Assembly: GCA_944391465.1 (NCBI GenBank)
Contig: CALXTS010000003.1
Location: 14,814 to 78,813 of the forward strand
Source: an uncultured Alphaproteobacteria bacterium
GTDB taxonomy: Bacteria; Pseudomonadota; Alphaproteobacteria; RF32; CAG-239
Length of the DNA: 64,000 nucleotides
Direction: 5' to 3'
The translations under genes and the position numbers were made by a program. The notes beneath the pieces were generated by a model that was given only the letters and a program-made list of their open reading frames with translations, was not told the DNA's origin and did no database searches. This document shows positions 29,315-39,438 of this stretch, one piece after another; positions within the stretch are counted from its first letter, which is position 1; every line of letters begins with the position of its first letter.

Positions 29315-29388
29315 ATCTGTAGAACGGAATATTTAATAACATACTCTAAAAAAAAAGCAAGCATTAATTTTAAGTTTTTTAAAATTTT

Positions 29389-29883
29389 TTACTGAATAGG
29401 TATTGTATCAATATCAATCCCAACCAACGAACGGCAAAAATCCATTTTTACATCGGCGCTAATCAAATCACTATAATAAAAACCGCCTGCAAGCCACAAA
29501 ACTGCAGCAACCCTCAATAGCCAAATAATTTTTCTGTTTCCTTTAAAAAACAAGCCGTTTCCGCCATGATTAACCAACATAATTTCCAAAAAAGCCCATA
29601 CCGCTGTAAACAATAAAGGTATAAACAAAAACAACCAAGACGTTGCTGTCAAAACCAACTGAGTAATTCCACGCCAGAAATAACCGGCATAAAAATTATG
29701 TATCCCGATGGTACCTAAAAACCACCCGAGTATAATATAAATAATACCATTTTTTGCTGCCGGAGCTTCTCCGTCAAATCTATCAAGCCTCTTATACAAA
29801 CGTTGCTTTTGCTCCAAAAAATCTTGCTCAGAAATAGCTCCGTTATTATACAGTTGATTTAACTTTTCCATATCAAGCAACAT
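29389..29883 (-). CDS. TM2-domain membrane protein with N-terminal SHOCT-like motif
   Basis: 164 aa. N-terminal LNQLYNNGAISEQDFLEQKQRL (SHOCT-like) followed by a TM2-type pair of helices (GIHNFYAGY). AGGAGG RBS. Confidence 0.7.
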   Translation of the reverse strand: MLLDMEKLNQLYNNGAISEQDFLEQKQRLYKRLDRFDGEAPAAKNGIIYIILGWFLGTIGIHNFYAGYFWRGITQLVLTATSWLFLFIPLLFTAVWAFLEIMLVNHGGNGLFFKGNRKIIWLLRVAAVLWLAGGFYYSDLISADVKMDFCRSLVGIDIDTIPIQ

Positions 29884-29940
29884 ATATTTTCCTCCTGTTA
29901 CATTTATTATATAATCTTTATATGATACTTATCAAATAAA

Positions 29941-29963
29941 AAAGGGGAGAAAACCTCCCCTTT
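29941..29963. terminator. Terminator downstream of groEL (bidirectional hairpin)
   Basis: AAAGGGGAG-AAAAC-CTCCCCTTT. On the minus strand it is followed by a T-run. Confidence 0.8.
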
Positions 29964-29990
29964 GATTCAAACAAAGCAAATTCAGTCTGT

Positions 29991-31667
<1,677 letters not shown>

Positions 31668-31958
31668 TTACTCTTCAACAATACCGAGAATTTCAGATTC
31701 TTTAATAATCAGGCGTTCTTCACCATTAACCTTAACTTCGGTTCCTGACCATTTACTGAACAAAACCTTATCACCGACCTTAACATTCATCGGAATTAAT
31801 TTTCCGTCTTCTGTTCTTGCCCCTTCGCCGACAGCTTCAACAATTGCTTCGCTGGGTTTTTCTTTTGCCGTATCGGGAATAATAATTCCACCGGCGGTTT
31901 TAGTATTTTCTTCCAATCTTCTTAACAAAACTCTGTCATGTAAAGGTCTGATTTTCAT
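31668..31958 (-). CDS. groS: Co-chaperonin GroES
   Basis: [14 protein letters not shown]... Start set to the ATG at 31958 (AAGGAG upstream); the ORF-track start at 31964 is a GTG. Confidence 0.95.
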   Translation of the reverse strand: MKIRPLHDRVLLRRLEENTKTAGGIIIPDTAKEKPSEAIVEAVGEGARTEDGKLIPMNVKVGDKVLFSKWSGTEVKVNGEERLIIKESEILGIVEE

Positions 31959-32062
31959 TTTCACAAGCTCCTTAATTTTATAAAACGATTTATCTATGGC
32001 TTAGTTAGTTACTCAAAAAGATAAAGTCAAGCAACCAAACAAATTTTTTCAAAATTTTTAAC

Positions 32063-32090
32063 AAAAAAAAAGAGCCTCAACAGAGGCTCT
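32063..32090 (-). terminator. Rho-independent terminator of the ion-channel gene
   Basis: On the minus strand, AGAGCCTC-TGTT-GAGGCTCT followed by T8. Confidence 0.85.
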
Positions 32091-32094
32091 CTTT

Positions 32095-32847
32095 CTATTC
32101 TGATTTTTGCTTAGTCTTCAAAATCTGCACCAACGCACAATTTATAAAGCTGACAACCAACAAGAAAGATGTCATTACTAAAACCACAAAATAAATCCAC
32201 GAACTGGGGAAAACTTCCATTACCGGACGAGCAATCGTCGAAGCCCAACCGTCTAAAGTAAAGACCTGCAACAATGTAAACATCGCCCGACCAATACTCT
32301 CAAAACTGATGAAGACATCACCAAACATACTAACGGCCATAATAGCAAAGACGTAGAAGAAAACCAAAAACACGCCCAAAAAAGAAACAAAAACCGGTAA
32401 CAACTCTAAAAAAACACTAACAATGCTGTTTGCCTTTGAAAAACGATGAACATACTTAAATAAACGAAACAAACGAAAAGCTCTGACAATAATAAAAGCG
32501 CTTATTGCCGGAAAAGACGAGATTGAGATGACAATCAAATCAAAAACATTCCAACCGGATTTAAAGAAAGCACCTCTAAATGCATATAACTTCAAAAGCA
32601 TTTCGACGATAAAGATAGCCATAAACAAGCGGTCCAGCAAGAACAGCCCCTGATAAAAATACATATTCACAACATCAGAAGTCAGCAAACCGAGAACAAT
32701 TGCATCAGCCAAGATGATAGACATAATAAACAAATCAAAGCTATCCGTAGAAAGCAATTTGCTCAACAAACGTTTATCTTCATTAAACAAAACCTTCTTA
32801 ACATCTTTAGAAGATTTTCTAGTCACTGTTTTTTTAATCTCGGCCAT
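32095..32847 (-). CDS. Single-domain voltage-gated cation channel homologue (BacNav/NaChBac-like, Ion_trans)
   Basis: 250 aa, six predicted TM segments. S4 has basic residues every third position (VRAFRLFRLFKYVHR). Pore motif LLQVFTLDGWAS. AAGGAG RBS. Confidence 0.8.
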   Translation of the reverse strand: MAEIKKTVTRKSSKDVKKVLFNEDKRLLSKLLSTDSFDLFIMSIILADAIVLGLLTSDVVNMYFYQGLFLLDRLFMAIFIVEMLLKLYAFRGAFFKSGWNVFDLIVISISSFPAISAFIIVRAFRLFRLFKYVHRFSKANSIVSVFLELLPVFVSFLGVFLVFFYVFAIMAVSMFGDVFISFESIGRAMFTLLQVFTLDGWASTIARPVMEVFPSSWIYFVVLVMTSFLLVVSFINCALVQILKTKQKSE

Positions 32848-32880
32848 TTAAGATTCTCCTTTGAAATTACCGAACTTATT

Positions 32881-33558
32881 TTAAACTCCGAAAAAATAGA
32901 ATGCAACGATTATTCCGGCCAAAGCCAAAGCCGGACCATAAGCTCCGCTTTTCTGGCGTTTAATCAAGGCATAAACCATAAATAACAGACAAGAGACAAT
33001 AATCACGTACAAAAGATTATCTGGTCCGAGCCATGCCCCTATAGCCGATAATAATTTGATATCCCCGCCTCCGAAAGCATCTTTATTTTTCCAAACAAAC
33101 AGCAGACTAACGATAACCGGGAAAAAATAACCGATAAAAGCTCCGAGTGCGCTCTCTTGCGGTGAAACGAAACCCCACCCCATTGCTGAAACCAACACAC
33201 CGCACAACAACAACGGAATTGTTAAAATATCGGGCAATAAAAACATCCGATAATCTATCTCCGCCAAAAGGAGTAAAATCCAAATATATGCAACAATCCA
33301 AGCAATTCCGACATCTCCGAAATTCAAAGTAGCCGCATATGAAATCCCTGCGGTAATTAAACCGCACATTAAAGAACGCCACAAAAAAGCCTTCCGTAAT
33401 GTCTTATAAGAGTCTGAAATATTTTTTTTTGCTTTTTTGAGGGGGATTACGATTTGCCAAAGAGCATAAGCAAACGTCGCCGGCATAAATTTGGCAAAGC
33501 GTCTTGCAATATAAGGGATAAACAACCCAAAAATAAAACCATAGAGAGCACAAGTCAT
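32881..33558 (-). CDS. Prepilin (type IV) leader peptidase, A24 family, peptidase domain only
   Basis: 225 aa polytopic protein. Both catalytic Asp contexts are present (AEIDYRMFLLPD and GGGDIKLL). Confidence 0.8.
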   Translation of the reverse strand: MTCALYGFIFGLFIPYIARRFAKFMPATFAYALWQIVIPLKKAKKNISDSYKTLRKAFLWRSLMCGLITAGISYAATLNFGDVGIAWIVAYIWILLLLAEIDYRMFLLPDILTIPLLLCGVLVSAMGWGFVSPQESALGAFIGYFFPVIVSLLFVWKNKDAFGGGDIKLLSAIGAWLGPDNLLYVIIVSCLLFMVYALIKRQKSGAYGPALALAGIIVAFYFFGV

Positions 33559-33614
33559 TGTATTGCCTTTCTGTTTATTTTGGATTTATATCATCAAAAA
33601 CATAATAAATCCTT

Positions 33615-33640
33615 AAAAAACAATCCGGTTTTACACCGGA
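33615..33640 (-). terminator. Rho-independent terminator of htpG
   Basis: On the minus strand, TCCGGT-GTAAA-ACCGGA followed by TTGTTTTTT. Confidence 0.8.
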
Positions 33641-33668
33641 CTGTTTTCAAGAGAAAGATAGATAAAAA

Positions 33669-35510
33669 TTAAGCGATAGCTTTCAAAATATAGTCACTTA
33701 GTTTTTCACTGTAAAAAGAGGGATCGGAAATAGCTTCACCCTCGGCAATTTTAGCTTGATCAAGTACAATTTTTGAAATTTCTTCAACTTGAGCTTTCCG
33801 ATTCTCATCTTGCAACATATCTGCCAATTTAATAATCAGCGGATGATATGGATTCAATTCCAAAATACGAGTACTGGCAAAAGCTGTTTTCTGCTGATGA
33901 TTACGCATTAACCGCTCTAAATGGATACTCATTTGACCGCTTTCTACCGTCAAACTTGCGGGAGACTTATCAAGTTTTTCGGTTGTAACCACCTTGCCGA
34001 CTTCTTCCTTAAACAAATCCGTCATCAAATCAAGTAACTTTTGCATACTCCCTTCATCAGCTTTCTTTTCCTTTCGTTCCCAAGACATATCAGCTTCCGC
34101 CTGAGAAATATGCTTAATGGCATATCCCTTATAATTGGGCAAAACCTGCGGCCAAAATTCATCAATGGGATCTGTCAGCAACAATACCTCAATACCTTTG
34201 TTTTTAAACGCCTCAAGTTGCGGGTTATTAGCCAAAACATTTATATTATCCCCCGTAATATAATAAATTGCTTTTTGCTCTTTAGAAGCGCGTTCAATAT
34301 ATTCGCCCAAAGAGGTTTTGCGATTCAAATCATGGGTTGATGCAAAATAAGAAAGTTCGGCAATCTCTTCACGATTAGAAAAGTCCTCATAAATACCTTC
34401 TTTAAAGGCAATACCGAAATTATTCCAGAATTTCATATAATCATCATAATCGTTTGTCCGCTTTTTAAGCTCTTTTAATAAACGACTGATTAATCCATGT
34501 TTAATTTTTTCAATTAAAAGATTATGTTGCAACATTTCTCTGGAAATATTCAAAGGTAAATCGGCAGAATCAATCACGCCTTTAACAAAACGCAAATAAT
34601 TAGGCATCAATTCTTCGACTTTATCAGAAATAAAGACCTTGTTTACATATAATTTCAAACCGTTTTTCTTATCCGGCTGAAACAAATCATAAGGCGTTTC
34701 TGAGGGAATATAAACCAACCCCGTATATTCAATATTTCCTTCAGCCTTAAAATGCAAAGTCATCCACGGATCATCAAAATTTTTAGAAATATGATGATAA
34801 AACTCTTTATATTGGTCTTCCGTAATTTCAGATTTATGACGCGTCCACAAAGCAGAAGCCGTATTTACGGTTTCTTCTCCGGCCTCGCCAAGTTCCAAAA
34901 CAATCGGATAATCAATATGGTCGGAGTAAATACGAATAATATGACGCAAATAAATTGTATCAGTATAATCCTTTGCATCATCTTTCAAATATAATTTAAT
35001 ATCCGTACCGTTGGTTTCACGCTCTGCCTCAGAAATTTCAAAACCGTCACACCCGTTTGAAATCCATTTCCAAGCCTGACTTTCTCCAGCTTTTTTAGTG
35101 ACGATTTCAACTTTATCAGCAACCATAAAAGCTGAATAAAATCCCACACCGAACTGTCCGATTAAATCGCAAACAGAACCGTTATCTTTAACATTATTAA
35201 CAAATTCGGCCGTTCCTGATTTTGCGATTGTACCTAAATGCTTAATTAAATCATCTTTATTCATACCGATACCATTATCGGAAACCATTAAGGTATTTGC
35301 TTTGGCATCGGGTGTGATTTTAATTTTGAAAGCACCGGAATCTTTAGCAATATCAGGATTCGTCAATATCAAATATTTTAATTTGTCACAAGCATCAGAA
35401 GCATTAGAAATCAGCTCCCGCAAAAATATTTGTTTTTCTGAATACAAAGAGTTAATCACAATATCAAGCATTTTGCTGACATCAGCCTGAAAAGCTAATT
35501 TATCCGACAT
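33669..35510 (-). CDS. htpG: Chaperone HtpG (Hsp90)
   Basis: 613 aa. Motifs ELISNASDA, DNGIGM and GQFGVGFYS. Confidence 0.95.
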   Translation of the reverse strand: MSDKLAFQADVSKMLDIVINSLYSEKQIFLRELISNASDACDKLKYLILTNPDIAKDSGAFKIKITPDAKANTLMVSDNGIGMNKDDLIKHLGTIAKSGTAEFVNNVKDNGSVCDLIGQFGVGFYSAFMVADKVEIVTKKAGESQAWKWISNGCDGFEISEAERETNGTDIKLYLKDDAKDYTDTIYLRHIIRIYSDHIDYPIVLELGEAGEETVNTASALWTRHKSEITEDQYKEFYHHISKNFDDPWMTLHFKAEGNIEYTGLVYIPSETPYDLFQPDKKNGLKLYVNKVFISDKVEELMPNYLRFVKGVIDSADLPLNISREMLQHNLLIEKIKHGLISRLLKELKKRTNDYDDYMKFWNNFGIAFKEGIYEDFSNREEIAELSYFASTHDLNRKTSLGEYIERASKEQKAIYYITGDNINVLANNPQLEAFKNKGIEVLLLTDPIDEFWPQVLPNYKGYAIKHISQAEADMSWERKEKKADEGSMQKLLDLMTDLFKEEVGKVVTTEKLDKSPASLTVESGQMSIHLERLMRNHQQKTAFASTRILELNPYHPLIIKLADMLQDENRKAQVEEISKIVLDQAKIAEGEAISDPSFYSEKLSDYILKAIA

Positions 35511-35658
35511 TTTTATCTATCTCCTCAAGAATTAAAAAACTTAATTTAAGAATATATATGGGAACTTTTTTTCGTATCTGCAAGTTTAGACTTGATTTAT
35601 TAAATAAACCGAGTAAATTTAAGCTGTTTTTTAATATACAACATTTGGAGTAATATTA

Positions 35659-35898
35659 ATGGTTTCTGTAGTAAATGATTCCTGCATCAAATGCAAATCT
35701 TGCGCTGATGTTTGTCCGGTAGATGCTTTCCACGAATGTGAAACACAGTTGGTTGTAGATCCGGATACTTGCATTGACTGTGGCGTATGCATTTCTGAAT
35801 GTCCGCAAGAAGCAATCTGCAATGACGCCGATGCAGATGAGAAATGGATTAAATTCAATGCTGAACAGGCAAAAATCTGCCCGGGTGCTAACGAATAA
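35659..35898 (+). CDS. Ferredoxin, 2x[4Fe-4S]-type
   Basis: 79 aa. Two cluster motifs, CIKCKSCADVCP and CIDCGVCISECP. Confidence 0.85.
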   Translation: MVSVVNDSCIKCKSCADVCPVDAFHECETQLVVDPDTCIDCGVCISECPQEAICNDADADEKWIKFNAEQAKICPGANE

Positions 35899-35925
35899 TA
35901 ATCCGAGAGTACAGATAGATAATGA

Positions 35926-35951
35926 AACCTCCATGCTTTTGGAGGTTTTTT
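35926..35951 (+). terminator. Rho-independent terminator of the ferredoxin gene
   Basis: AACCTCCA-TGCTTT-TGGAGGTT followed by a T-run. Confidence 0.9.
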
Positions 35952-36018
35952 ATTGTTGCGAAAGCAGAAAAATTAAATTAAAACAGAAAACAAGATAAAA
36001 ACAGACAAAGGATTTGCA

Positions 36019-37041
36019 ATGTTTTCCAAACAAGATTCCATATATTATGACGTTTTAGGTATCGGCAACGCCATCGTAGATGTGTTAGCCAAAGTCGGCG
36101 AAGGATTCTTAAGAGAAAGAAATCTTCCCAAAGGCAGCATGGTAGAATTAGAAGCCGCAGATGCCGGCAAAATTTATGCCGATTTAATCACGGAAAGAGA
36201 AGTTCCCGGAGGTTCTGCAGCCAACACGGTTGCCGGATTGGCTTCATTGGGAGGAGCGCCCGCATTTATCGGGAAGATTCATGACGATGAGCTCGGACAA
36301 GAATTTGCCAGAGATATCGGAGCAGCCGGAGTTGACTTTTTTACTCAACCCTTAAACAAAGGACCGGTAACCGGACGTTCTATCGTGCTTGTTACACCGG
36401 ATGCCGAACGTTCAATGTTCACATACTTAGGCGCCTCAAAATACCTAAGTGCCGTAGATGTTGATGAAAATTTAATAGAAGCCTCGCAAATCATTTATAT
36501 TGAAGGCTATTTATGGGACAACTTCAACGCACAAAGAGCAATGTTAAGAGCCTGTAAATTAGCACAAAAATACGGTCGCAAAGTTGCCTTCAGCTTATCA
36601 GATTCCTTATGTGTCAAAAGACATACCCGAGAGTTCCGTAAGTTAATAAAACGCTATGTTGATATTTTATTTTGCAATGAAGATGAAATAAAAGCTCTCT
36701 TTGAGGAAGAAGATTTCTACAAAACTCTGGATATGATAAAAACTGATGTCGAAATAGCGGCAATAACGCGTAGTGCTAAAGGCTCAGTTGTTGTAAACGG
36801 CAGAGTAAAAACATTTGTAGAAGCGGAAAAAGTAGAAACAGTAGTAGATTCGACCGGAGCCGGAGATTTATATGCCGCCGGATTTTTATATGGCTATACC
36901 CAACGTCGGAGCTTAGGAACCTGTGCAATGATAGGCTCTATAGTTGCAGCAGAAATCATCAGTCACTACGGAGCCCGACCGGAAGTAAGTTTAAGAGGTC
37001 TTGTACGTAATAAACTACTTTCCTATGGCAAAAAGCCTTAA
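36019..37041 (+). CDS. PfkB-family carbohydrate/nucleoside kinase (adenosine-kinase-like)
   Basis: 340 aa. N-terminal GIGNAIVDV, GGSAANT, and the C-terminal DSTGAGDLYAAGFLYG anion-hole motif. Confidence 0.8.
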   Translation: MFSKQDSIYYDVLGIGNAIVDVLAKVGEGFLRERNLPKGSMVELEAADAGKIYADLITEREVPGGSAANTVAGLASLGGAPAFIGKIHDDELGQEFARDIGAAGVDFFTQPLNKGPVTGRSIVLVTPDAERSMFTYLGASKYLSAVDVDENLIEASQIIYIEGYLWDNFNAQRAMLRACKLAQKYGRKVAFSLSDSLCVKRHTREFRKLIKRYVDILFCNEDEIKALFEEEDFYKTLDMIKTDVEIAAITRSAKGSVVVNGRVKTFVEAEKVETVVDSTGAGDLYAAGFLYGYTQRRSLGTCAMIGSIVAAEIISHYGARPEVSLRGLVRNKLLSYGKKP

Positions 37042-37058
37042 AATAATACAGATGGATA

Positions 37059-37081
37059 CCCCCGAGTGAACTCGGGGGTTT
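37059..37081 (+). terminator. Terminator of the pfkB-family gene
   Basis: CCCCCGAG-TGAA-CTCGGGGG followed by TTT. Confidence 0.7.
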
Positions 37082-37096
37082 CTGTAAGGCATTCAT

Positions 37097-37130
37097 AAAT
37101 CAGCCCCGTCTTTTGAAACGAGGCTGATTT
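37097..37130 (-). terminator. Hairpin downstream of the Cys-rich protein gene
   Basis: AAATCAGCC..GGCTGATTT long imperfect stem 14 nt after the stop. The U-tract is modest. Confidence 0.5.
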
Positions 37131-37143
37131 GAAATTAATAAAC

Positions 37144-39294
37144 TTAATAATTAATAATGGCTCTGAAATAACGCTCTTTTGTTTTACCTGTTGTCATATA
37201 ACCACTGCCGGAAGAAAATTTTCTATAAGAAGACATTCCATTAGTATCTGTTGATGCCCAATACTCATCTTCCAATAAATTTCCGGAAGTTCCGTTATTG
37301 GCTTTTGCCAAAGACTCATTCAAAACATCCATATTATCATTAATAGAACCTAATTGACCACTTGCCGGAATAAACCATTCTCCTGCTTTACCAATACCAG
37401 ACGTACTATATTTTTCAACTTTATAGAAAGCCGGATAAGCACTTTCACAACGTCCTTCACAAAAAGCTAAAACTTTATCTGTATTTGAACGTCCATCAGA
37501 ACTAGAATCTGCACCTGTATCAACATATTCTCCTTTAATATGCACACCTTCACTATCTGTTGTCGTTTCCCAATATATGCTTTCCGTTGACCAAACAAAT
37601 TTTCCTAAATCTTTAAGAGCAATCGCCAACCTTTTTGAAACATCAAAAACAACACCTATTATGGTTTTTCCATTTGTCGTAGAGTTTCCAATAGTTCCAT
37701 CAGCATATAAGAAAAATCCTGCAGATATTTTATCGCAAACATCTCCTGATTGTACATATCCGTCTTTACAAGCCCAAGCTAAACATTTATTACAACTGTT
37801 ATATTCTGAACAAGATGCACCTGTCGGAATAGTTACAGACTCAACCTCACAAGCTGGATCAATACATTTCGTATGTGCGTCATTAACATATTGTCCCTCC
37901 GGACAAGCCTTACAAGATGTTGCTTTAGAGAAAGAATATGTGTTACCCGTACAAGCTAAACAACCACCTCCGGAATAATAATATCCGGCTTTGCATTTAG
38001 AATTAGGACAAACAATATGCCAATTATCACAAAGTGTATCTATTCCGTAATTAGCACCTTCCATAAGATATCCATTGCTTCCGGTTCCGGAACTTCCATT
38101 GGGATATAAAGTTTTAGCCTCGCATGTACAATTATATTGAGAACTTTGTGTTCCATCTGCTGTTTGAGCTGTACAAGAACTACATTTATAACCCATTAAT
38201 ACTGCCCCACAAGCAGCTTTTTCACTACTACGATCTGTGGTTGAATTACATGTAATTACCGGATATACACAAGTTCCTCCCGAACATTTTCCGCCACTTA
38301 CTTTAGTACAGTCACTGTCTGTGCTGCAATCAATACAACCTGTGTGGGTGCTGTTTGCTTGTTTTGGAGAACAAGAAATACAACTTGATGAACCCGCTGT
38401 TGAATATTTACCCTCAGAACAAGTTGTACAACTTGAAGCACCAGCCGCCGAATATGTTCCCGCACTACATTTTAAGCAACTTGATGAACCTGCCGTTGAG
38501 TAGGTTCCCGCTGCACAATCCGTACATGATGTTGCTCCGGCAGCACTGTATTTTCCTGCCGGACATTGCGTACACGAACTTGCTCCCGCCGCGGAATAAC
38601 TTCCCGCCGGACAAGTTGTTTTATTTGTTCCGTCACAATAACTTCCTGCCGGACATTGCGTACAACTGTTGCCGTTCTTATAATATCCTGTCTTACACGA
38701 TACCAAATTAAATTTTGATACCGTATAAGGACTTATAGCTTTACATGTCGAACAACTTGCCGCATTTGCCGGACAACTTCCCGTTGCCCATGATGACGGA
38801 CACGCACAAACATAGCAAGTTCCGTCTTTTCCTGATGTGTTTTGTGATGTACATGTATAGTTGTTTGATGTATAACTTGATTTACTACTCTCACTAATCC
38901 AAGTAGAATTTCGAACATTACAATTATTCAAAACACATCCTGAATAATAAGTCCCTCCGCTATCCGTACAAGCGTTGGAAAGCGATGCACAAAGTTTTCC
39001 TGTCCCTTGATGTGAAGCTATGGTGTATTGAAATTTTGAATTATCACATGAACAAGATTTATAACAAATATTTCCTCCGGCACTGAATTGTCCCGTACAA
39101 GTTTGGTTAGTTCCCTTTTCTACGCCACCATAAGATGCACAAGAAAGTGAAACATCTTTCCTTCCGCCACTCTGACTTCTAACCCCGTAAGAGCCCTGAT
39201 ATCGTGGTAAAAATTGAAGAGCGGCCTGTGCGTATGAACAACTAAATATTATCGCCGCTACTATACTTAAATATAAAAGACTACGCTTCTGCAT
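37144..39294 (-). CDS. Secreted cysteine-rich repeat protein (ephrin-receptor-like/GCC2_GCC3-type repeats; DUF1566/Lcl-like C-terminal domain)
   Basis: Start set to the ATG at 39294 behind GAGGAGG. Signal peptide MQKRSLLYLSIVAAIIFSCSYAQA. About 59 Cys by hand count. Five tandem 16-aa units CxxGxYSxAGxSSCxx. C-terminal about 190 aa with EWFIPASGQL and YWAST motifs. Confidence 0.8.
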   Translation of the reverse strand: MQKRSLLYLSIVAAIIFSCSYAQAALQFLPRYQGSYGVRSQSGGRKDVSLSCASYGGVEKGTNQTCTGQFSAGGNICYKSCSCDNSKFQYTIASHQGTGKLCASLSNACTDSGGTYYSGCVLNNCNVRNSTWISESSKSSYTSNNYTCTSQNTSGKDGTCYVCACPSSWATGSCPANAASCSTCKAISPYTVSKFNLVSCKTGYYKNGNSCTQCPAGSYCDGTNKTTCPAGSYSAAGASSCTQCPAGKYSAAGATSCTDCAAGTYSTAGSSSCLKCSAGTYSAAGASSCTTCSEGKYSTAGSSSCISCSPKQANSTHTGCIDCSTDSDCTKVSGGKCSGGTCVYPVITCNSTTDRSSEKAACGAVLMGYKCSSCTAQTADGTQSSQYNCTCEAKTLYPNGSSGTGSNGYLMEGANYGIDTLCDNWHIVCPNSKCKAGYYYSGGGCLACTGNTYSFSKATSCKACPEGQYVNDAHTKCIDPACEVESVTIPTGASCSEYNSCNKCLAWACKDGYVQSGDVCDKISAGFFLYADGTIGNSTTNGKTIIGVVFDVSKRLAIALKDLGKFVWSTESIYWETTTDSEGVHIKGEYVDTGADSSSDGRSNTDKVLAFCEGRCESAYPAFYKVEKYSTSGIGKAGEWFIPASGQLGSINDNMDVLNESLAKANNGTSGNLLEDEYWASTDTNGMSSYRKFSSGSGYMTTGKTKERYFRAIINY
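38368..38664 (-). repeat. In-frame tandem coding repeats (48-nt period) inside the Cys-rich gene
   Basis: Encodes CPAGSYSAAGASSCTQ / CPAGKYSAAGATSCTD / CAAGTYSTAGSSSCLK / CSAGTYSAAGASSCTT / CSEGKYSTAGSSSCIS. An exact 20-nt repeat, cctgccggacattgcgtaca, occurs at 38556-75 and 38645-64. Confidence 0.8.
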
Positions 39295-39306
39295 GACCGT
39301 CCTCCT

Positions 39307-39438
39307 CATATTACCTAAAAATAGTGTAATATGCGGACGAACATACATATCTCGGTGGCGCCGAAATATATTTTTATATAATCCAATTTGTAGTATGCGA
39401 ATATCTTTAGGCTATAAAAATATTCGCCCGCATATTAC
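39307..39438. promoter_or_regulatory. Cluster of four inverted copies of a GTAATATG(CGG) motif in the leader/upstream region of the Cys-rich gene
   Basis: catattac 39307-14; gtaatatgcgg 39326-36; gtagtatgc 39390-98; ccgcatattac 39428-38. An additional gcgaatat/atattcgc pair lies at 39397-404/39420-27. Confidence 0.35.

Noticed and set aside
31965-32062. Looked for a CIRCE operator (TTAGCACTC-N9-GAGTGCTAA) or a clear sigma32 promoter upstream of groES.
   Set aside because: Only weak partial resemblance was found (ttagttagttactcaa) and the spacing does not fit either consensus. No call was made.
38237-38711. Plus-strand ORFs (88 and 118 aa) and the periodic 48-nt repeats, which could superficially look like a repeat array.
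   Set aside because: The periodicity is in frame with the Cys-rich protein on the minus strand and encodes a conserved Cys pattern. There are no unique spacers, so it is not CRISPR, and the plus-strand ORFs are antisense artefacts.
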